Virus record (IMG/VR): IMGVR_UViG_3300031784_000077
Coordinates: 1 to 39,080 of that record
Source of the DNA: a virus
Lineage: Duplodnaviria > Caudoviricetes
DNA: 39,080 bases
Reading direction: 5' to 3' (one strand)
Shown here: positions 34,272 to 39,080 of the stretch, in pieces
Layout: every line of letters begins with the position of its first letter
Position numbering within the stretch: the first letter of the stretch is position 1
Made by a program: the position numbers and the translations under genes
The notes under the pieces: model-generated
Seen by the model: the letters and a program-made list of their open reading frames with translations, nothing else
Databases searched by the model: none
Told to the model about the DNA's origin: nothing

Positions 34272-37200
34272 TTACCCTTTTTTCAAACCCTTTGCAATCA
34301 TCAAGGCGCTGCGGACTTTTCCGCCCTTCTTAAAGCCCCGCTCCTGCTTCTGGCGGCGGTCTTCCATGATGTTATCCAGCCATTCTTGTGTGGCGTCTTG
34401 GTATGGAACCTTGGTCATCAGGGACTGCTGGAACAAAGTCTGACCAGCAGGTGAGTCGTAATCAATTGCCTTTCCGCTTTTGTCCTTTGTTTTCAGTGTT
34501 TTAAAGAAATCACTGAACATAAGCTTTGCAGGGATTGGGACGCTTGACCCGCCCATATACCCTTCATCTTTAGAAGGAATAAGGGCAGGATAAGTTTTAT
34601 GCTTAAGATCTGGATTGGTTACGATGCGACCAGATGGCTCAACTTGAGAAAAAGCGCTGCCCGTTGATAGGCGCGGCGCACCAAGGAGTTCAGGTGTTGA
34701 CGCAGAAAAACGGACTTCGCCAATGTCTGGAAACCCAGCTTTTTGCCATTTTGAACTATCAATCTTTTTGGCGAAGAATGATGCATGCGTACCGGGCCTT
34801 CCAGCAAAAAACTGCTCAGCCTCTTCTGTATTCATAATCCCCGGCCACGCCATGGGATACTTTTTAGATGGCGGCAGCGCCTCACGCATCATGTCATCAA
34901 ATTCATCAATGTGCTTTTGTTGAATTGGTGAATGCGGGATCATGCGGAGGATCGGTTCATAGGCATGGTGCGATGAATCAACACTTCCAAGGCCCATTGC
35001 GACGTGCGTACCAATTGCAGGCGTACCCTCTGGCGTCTGCGATGCGATTTTTTTGGCAAGCGTTTTAGCTGCGCCGACGCGGTTACCGTATGCCGCAGGA
35101 TCGCGGCCCTGCGCAAACTCTGAACGCATAAATCCAGCGCCACCCTGCTGTTCACTGGGGTCGGTCAGATCTGTTTGACCTGATTTAAGCAAAACTTGGT
35201 CAGCGGGTGACAAGTCACCTAGGAATGGGAATATTCGCGAACCGCGACGCTGCATTTCCTCAAGGTCCGCCTCTTTGCTAGGAAGCATGAAGCCCTTCTT
35301 GATGATGGTTGATTCCATTTCCTCAAGCGGCTTGCCAAACTTGCTCATTTTGACGTTTCCGGCGTCCGGATAGGATGCAAGAACGTCGGAGCCCTTGATT
35401 GTAATCTTACGCGCAAGAGCGTGTTGAGCCCTTTGCAGGTATTCTTTAAACTTTTCAGGATCGACGCTTGAGTCGTTCAACCCCGCCATGCCGATTGTTT
35501 GGAATATCTTGGCAACTGGATGGCTGAGTATGCCATCCTCATCGCCATCGCCTTGCGCACCACCATTTGCAGCATGGTGCATGGCGCGCACAACGTCTTC
35601 GTGTGTGGTTTCGTCATTTCCAGCCTTGTCCCACACCGCATGGTGAGTGAGGTGCTGGTAATATGGCTTCAAATGCTCAGGAAGCGATAGGTCCATGGCA
35701 CTCTGGCGCGCCGCAAGCCGATCAACGGCTTCAACACCGCCTGCACCGCCCTTTTTAGCGATGTACTTGCTGGCTTCCTTTGTTGGACGCCCGGTGTGCA
35801 AGATAATCTGGCGCGCATCCAGTGTCGGCTGGTCGCCGCGACCCATAAGCGACGCAAGGAAACCAGACTTGCTGGGGCCGACGCCGCGAATGTGCTGCGT
35901 GAACGCCCGCCATTCTTCTGGGGTGCTTGCCATCAGGTGACCGGCATGAACAAGTTCAGACACCTGCTTTTCCTTGCCCGGAAGGTTAAGCGCAGCCCAT
36001 GTTAGAGCGTCAGGAATGTCTGTCTGGTGACGGCCAAATGGGGCCATAACCTTAATAGCGTCTTCGATTGCTGCCTGATGGATGTTGCCCTTTTCTGCGG
36101 CATCAAGATACGCCTGACCGGCTGGCGTGTGCAGCCACTCGCCAAATGCGCCTTCGGGGCGAATCTTCCCAGTCATTTCTTCCGGCAGATCAAGGCCAGA
36201 TGCGCGCAGCTTATTAACGTCTGCGGCCTGACGCTGGATGCTCGACCGGGTGATGGTGTACGCCTTAATCAAGTCGCGTGGCGTAAGGCCGCTGCTCCCG
36301 GCGCGCTGAGCGATATTGTCCATGAAATCGCCAAACTTTTCGACGTGCGAAGGAATTTCCTTCAAACCGCCAAGGCTTTCTTGGACGTCTTCAACCGGAC
36401 GCCAATTCCAGTCAGAAATGTGCTGCGTTTCTGGATCTTGGTATGCCTCAACGTCGCCGCCAGCGGCATAAGCATGGTCTTTGGGGTCGCCAAATACAGG
36501 GTTCTTGGCCAGAACCAGAGGCCCCACCTGAAGAACCTCCTCTGCCATGTGAATGGGCTTGCGGTGGTTGGAGCGGTCATAGAAATAGCTGTGACGCTCC
36601 GGGTCCATCCCAACTTGAACCCATTCAGGACTGTCCAAAGCATCTTTTGCCATTTCGTGGATGTCATCGACAGATGTCTTTTTCAGGCGTCCATCAATGT
36701 GCGCAAATGGCGACTTGGCGCGGCCCTTAGCAACGGCCACAGCCTGCGACTCAGGCATGTCAAATGTGGCGTCGGTGATGTGCGCCGCTCCCTGATGGGA
36801 GAAAGCCCTACCCCCCTGCAACAGGTCGTGCATGGTCGGCACCCAGACGCCATGTTTGGTGTATGCCGGAATGTCGAGGCGTAGACCAACAGGGTGGCCC
36901 TCCTGATATTCGTCAACGGCATTGATTTTGTGGTGCTTGTTGGTCGTAAGACCGCGCAGCATATCCTCTTCCGTAGCGGGCGCTGGGACACTTTCATAGG
37001 GCGTCACGGGCTTATGCTGGTCGATTAGGTTGTGGTAATGCTCTTGATCAAAGTCAGGTGTGCTAATGTTCTGGGCATATTCCTGAAGATCAGGAGAACG
37101 CCCCGCAATAACACCGCCAGCGGCGTATGTGTGGTCAGGTAAATCAAAAGAAAAAGGATCGTGCGACTGGAACTGCTCAAATGGATTGTCGGAACGTCGG

Positions 37201-37364
37201 GCAGGAAGCCTTCCACCCATGGAAAACTGAAGCGGTTTTCGCATTTCTTCGTAATCAGGCTCACCGACCTGCGGCAAAGGCACACGCGCAAAGTTTGGAT
37301 CGACCATGGCCGCAATATTTCGTGCGGTCATGATTGCTTTGCGGATAGCCTTTGGGTCTTTCAT
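34272..37364 (-). CDS. Polyvalent-type multidomain protein (1030 aa) including an HhH-GPD glycosylase-like domain
   Basis: Overlaps the portal stop; three globular-looking regions separated by YAAGG, YAAGG, HAANGG and FKKGG; the middle region has IRGVGPSKSGFLASLMGRGDQPTLDAR. Confidence 0.7.
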   Translation of the reverse strand: MKDPKAIRKAIMTARNIAAMVDPNFARVPLPQVGEPDYEEMRKPLQFSMGGRLPARRSDNPFEQFQSHDPFSFDLPDHTYAAGGVIAGRSPDLQEYAQNISTPDFDQEHYHNLIDQHKPVTPYESVPAPATEEDMLRGLTTNKHHKINAVDEYQEGHPVGLRLDIPAYTKHGVWVPTMHDLLQGGRAFSHQGAAHITDATFDMPESQAVAVAKGRAKSPFAHIDGRLKKTSVDDIHEMAKDALDSPEWVQVGMDPERHSYFYDRSNHRKPIHMAEEVLQVGPLVLAKNPVFGDPKDHAYAAGGDVEAYQDPETQHISDWNWRPVEDVQESLGGLKEIPSHVEKFGDFMDNIAQRAGSSGLTPRDLIKAYTITRSSIQRQAADVNKLRASGLDLPEEMTGKIRPEGAFGEWLHTPAGQAYLDAAEKGNIHQAAIEDAIKVMAPFGRHQTDIPDALTWAALNLPGKEKQVSELVHAGHLMASTPEEWRAFTQHIRGVGPSKSGFLASLMGRGDQPTLDARQIILHTGRPTKEASKYIAKKGGAGGVEAVDRLAARQSAMDLSLPEHLKPYYQHLTHHAVWDKAGNDETTHEDVVRAMHHAANGGAQGDGDEDGILSHPVAKIFQTIGMAGLNDSSVDPEKFKEYLQRAQHALARKITIKGSDVLASYPDAGNVKMSKFGKPLEEMESTIIKKGFMLPSKEADLEEMQRRGSRIFPFLGDLSPADQVLLKSGQTDLTDPSEQQGGAGFMRSEFAQGRDPAAYGNRVGAAKTLAKKIASQTPEGTPAIGTHVAMGLGSVDSSHHAYEPILRMIPHSPIQQKHIDEFDDMMREALPPSKKYPMAWPGIMNTEEAEQFFAGRPGTHASFFAKKIDSSKWQKAGFPDIGEVRFSASTPELLGAPRLSTGSAFSQVEPSGRIVTNPDLKHKTYPALIPSKDEGYMGGSSVPIPAKLMFSDFFKTLKTKDKSGKAIDYDSPAGQTLFQQSLMTKVPYQDATQEWLDNIMEDRRQKQERGFKKGGKVRSALMIAKGLKKG

Positions 37365-39080
37365 TCGCCTTCGCCTTCGTTGAATTTACGCTCTGACGGG
37401 CCAACCAGTGGCTCGACAGCCTCAGCCTGCTCTGGATGCATCACAAGGTCGCGGGCAAGCTGCAACATGGCAACACGCTCACGGCTCTGGCGGTCCAGAT
37501 CGCGGTTCTGATCTTCAACCATACGCTCTTGATGGCGGACACCAACTTCGCTTTGCTTGGTTTGGGCATTAATCAAATCAGCTTGTGCAGCAGTCATAGC
37601 TGCCTGACCCATTTCTGGCGCGTCCTGCTTTGGCGCAAAGGCACCGGACTGGATCTTGGCTTGCGTTTCTGCCTGACGTGCCTGCGCTTCGATCATGCGC
37701 GCATTTGCGGTCATTTCGTCAGTCTTCATCTTAGCCTGAGCCTGCAACAATTCAGGTGGCGGCGATGCCTGAGCATTTGGCGGTGCCATGAACTGCGATG
37801 GGTTGGACCAGCCGATAGCCTGCAACGCAGCAACGTCGATGGCGATTGGATCGTACATCGATGGGTTTGCCTGCTGAAGCTGCTTCAGGGCGGTGATTTT
37901 CATGATACGCTGGCCCTGCGACGCCGTGTTGGGGTCAGCCTGAGGCGTCAGGTCAAAGTCATTCAGCGCCTGAATGAAGGTTGCCTGATCCCATGACATG
38001 GTTGGCTTAGCGTTGCGCTGCCAGAAGCTTTCAGGGTTTTCGCGGAAGCAGTCGCACAGCAACCGGAACTCTTCGGCCTGTGCAGCGTGGAGGCGCTTGT
38101 GAACGGAATTCATGACCTTGGTGGCTTGCTCAATCATCGCAAGGGTCGTGCCCACAGGAGCGTCAGCGCGACCTTCACCGACCTGCTGCTCAGATGTGCC
38201 GCCGATACGCATGCCGGTCTGCGCCATGTCCCCAACAAGCTGCATCAGCGCCTGCGAAGGCGGCTGGTACGGCAGCGGCATGACGGCTTGTGAGATTGGC
38301 ATGCCGCCAGTCTTGATCAACGCGCCACCGCCGGGAGGAACGCGGAAAATGTTGGTGTTCTGACGTGCCCCGGTGTCAGCCATTAGGAAGCCGGGGAAGT
38401 TGGAGTACATGCCTGCGTCCAGCAACTCGCGCCATGCAGCCGTGATTGCGTTGGTGGTGTTGCCCAGAATGTGCAGGAGGCCGATGTCGTAGAAGCCAAG
38501 GCCCGGTACGAACGTATATTTGACGAAATTCTTTTTAGCGACTGGCAGGTCGGCTGTGTCTTCGTCAAAATTGCGGACAATCGACAGGATTTCCTTTGAG
38601 GAAACGTCAATGGTTACACGGTATGGGATCTCAAGCCCCGACACCTTGCCTTTGTGTTTATGCTCAAAGCCTTTGATGTCCAGTTCGCAATAGCATTCGT
38701 AAATTTCGCGGTCGCGATCCAGTGGATTGGTGGACTCAGTCGAGATACCCTGCTGGTCACGCTCTTCGCGCTGCAATGGATCAAGACGGCGCATGCTAGG
38801 TGTACCTAAATCAACGTCGCGATAAACGCCAAGGATTTGCATGCGTTTCACAATCGACGGGCGCATCATGATCCGGTGCGTAATGCGGCGCGCATTGGAC
38901 AAATCCGTTGCGTCGTTGCTCACGATCAGGTCATCAGCGTCCACAGTCTCCGAAACCGGGCGATTGCGCAGCGGGCAGTAGTAAACCTTCTTGAACGACG
39001 TGCCGCCAAAGCCCAGCATGAGCAGCATGCGGTCGGTGTCGGGGTAATATTCGGACGCCGTCGATGTCAGATAGTGGTTC
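37361..39080 (-). CDS. Portal protein (5' part outside the window)
   Basis: Frame stays open to the window edge (NHYLTSTASEYYPDTDRMLLMLGFGGTSFKKVYY...); FVKYTFVPGLGFYDIGLLH, LLDAG, APVGTTLAMIEQ..KVMNSVHKRLH, P.ADPN and a Gln/Ala-rich C-terminal barrel-like helix, as in P22-like portals. Confidence 0.88.
   Translation of the reverse strand, partial: NHYLTSTASEYYPDTDRMLLMLGFGGTSFKKVYYCPLRNRPVSETVDADDLIVSNDATDLSNARRITHRIMMRPSIVKRMQILGVYRDVDLGTPSMRRLDPLQREERDQQGISTESTNPLDRDREIYECYCELDIKGFEHKHKGKVSGLEIPYRVTIDVSSKEILSIVRNFDEDTADLPVAKKNFVKYTFVPGLGFYDIGLLHILGNTTNAITAAWRELLDAGMYSNFPGFLMADTGARQNTNIFRVPPGGGALIKTGGMPISQAVMPLPYQPPSQALMQLVGDMAQTGMRIGGTSEQQVGEGRADAPVGTTLAMIEQATKVMNSVHKRLHAAQAEEFRLLCDCFRENPESFWQRNAKPTMSWDQATFIQALNDFDLTPQADPNTASQGQRIMKITALKQLQQANPSMYDPIAIDVAALQAIGWSNPSQFMAPPNAQASPPPELLQAQAKMKTDEMTANARMIEAQARQAETQAKIQSGAFAPKQDAPEMGQAAMTAAQADLINAQTKQSEVGVRHQERMVEDQNRDLDRQSRERVAMLQLARDLVMHPEQAEAVEPLVGPSERKFNEGEGE

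Noticed and set aside
1-39080. tRNA, rRNA, integrase, transposase, terminase, tape-measure or stop-codon recoding signals
   Set aside because: None recognised. Intergenic gaps are short and explained by hairpins, and the genes tile the minus strand under the standard code; the terminase probably lies beyond the right edge.

Overview
The whole window is the virion-morphogenesis and lysis region of a tailed dsDNA bacteriophage (Caudoviricetes). It is probably podovirus-like, since no tail tube, sheath or tape-measure gene was recognised. All credible genes are on the minus strand. In transcription order (right to left): portal (truncated by the window edge), two putative head-cargo proteins, GroES-like co-chaperonin, scaffold-like proteins, a terminator plus promoter plus twin-hairpin leader, decoration protein, major capsid protein, small virion proteins, adaptors, a collagen-like fibre with glycine-rich partner, a GT2-TPR glycosyltransferase, tail nozzle, a multi-cassette protein with an ADP-ribosyltransferase-like domain, a GNAT-like protein, two large ejection-type proteins, an S74 tail fibre with tip adhesin, an exported three-gene module, a holin-like protein with an EF-hand-like tail, and a GH19 endolysin that the ORF track misses. 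The most striking unexplained signal is a short x-x-x-G-G-x-(V/A/L/I) motif repeated about 30 times across six different putative internal virion proteins. It sits at the borders of discrete cassettes (ART-like, HhH-glycosylase-like, lytic-transglycosylase-like, two S74 autocleavage domains), which suggests a GG-delimited polyprotein or cargo-loading system. Family assignments come from motif recognition by eye; no database search was run.
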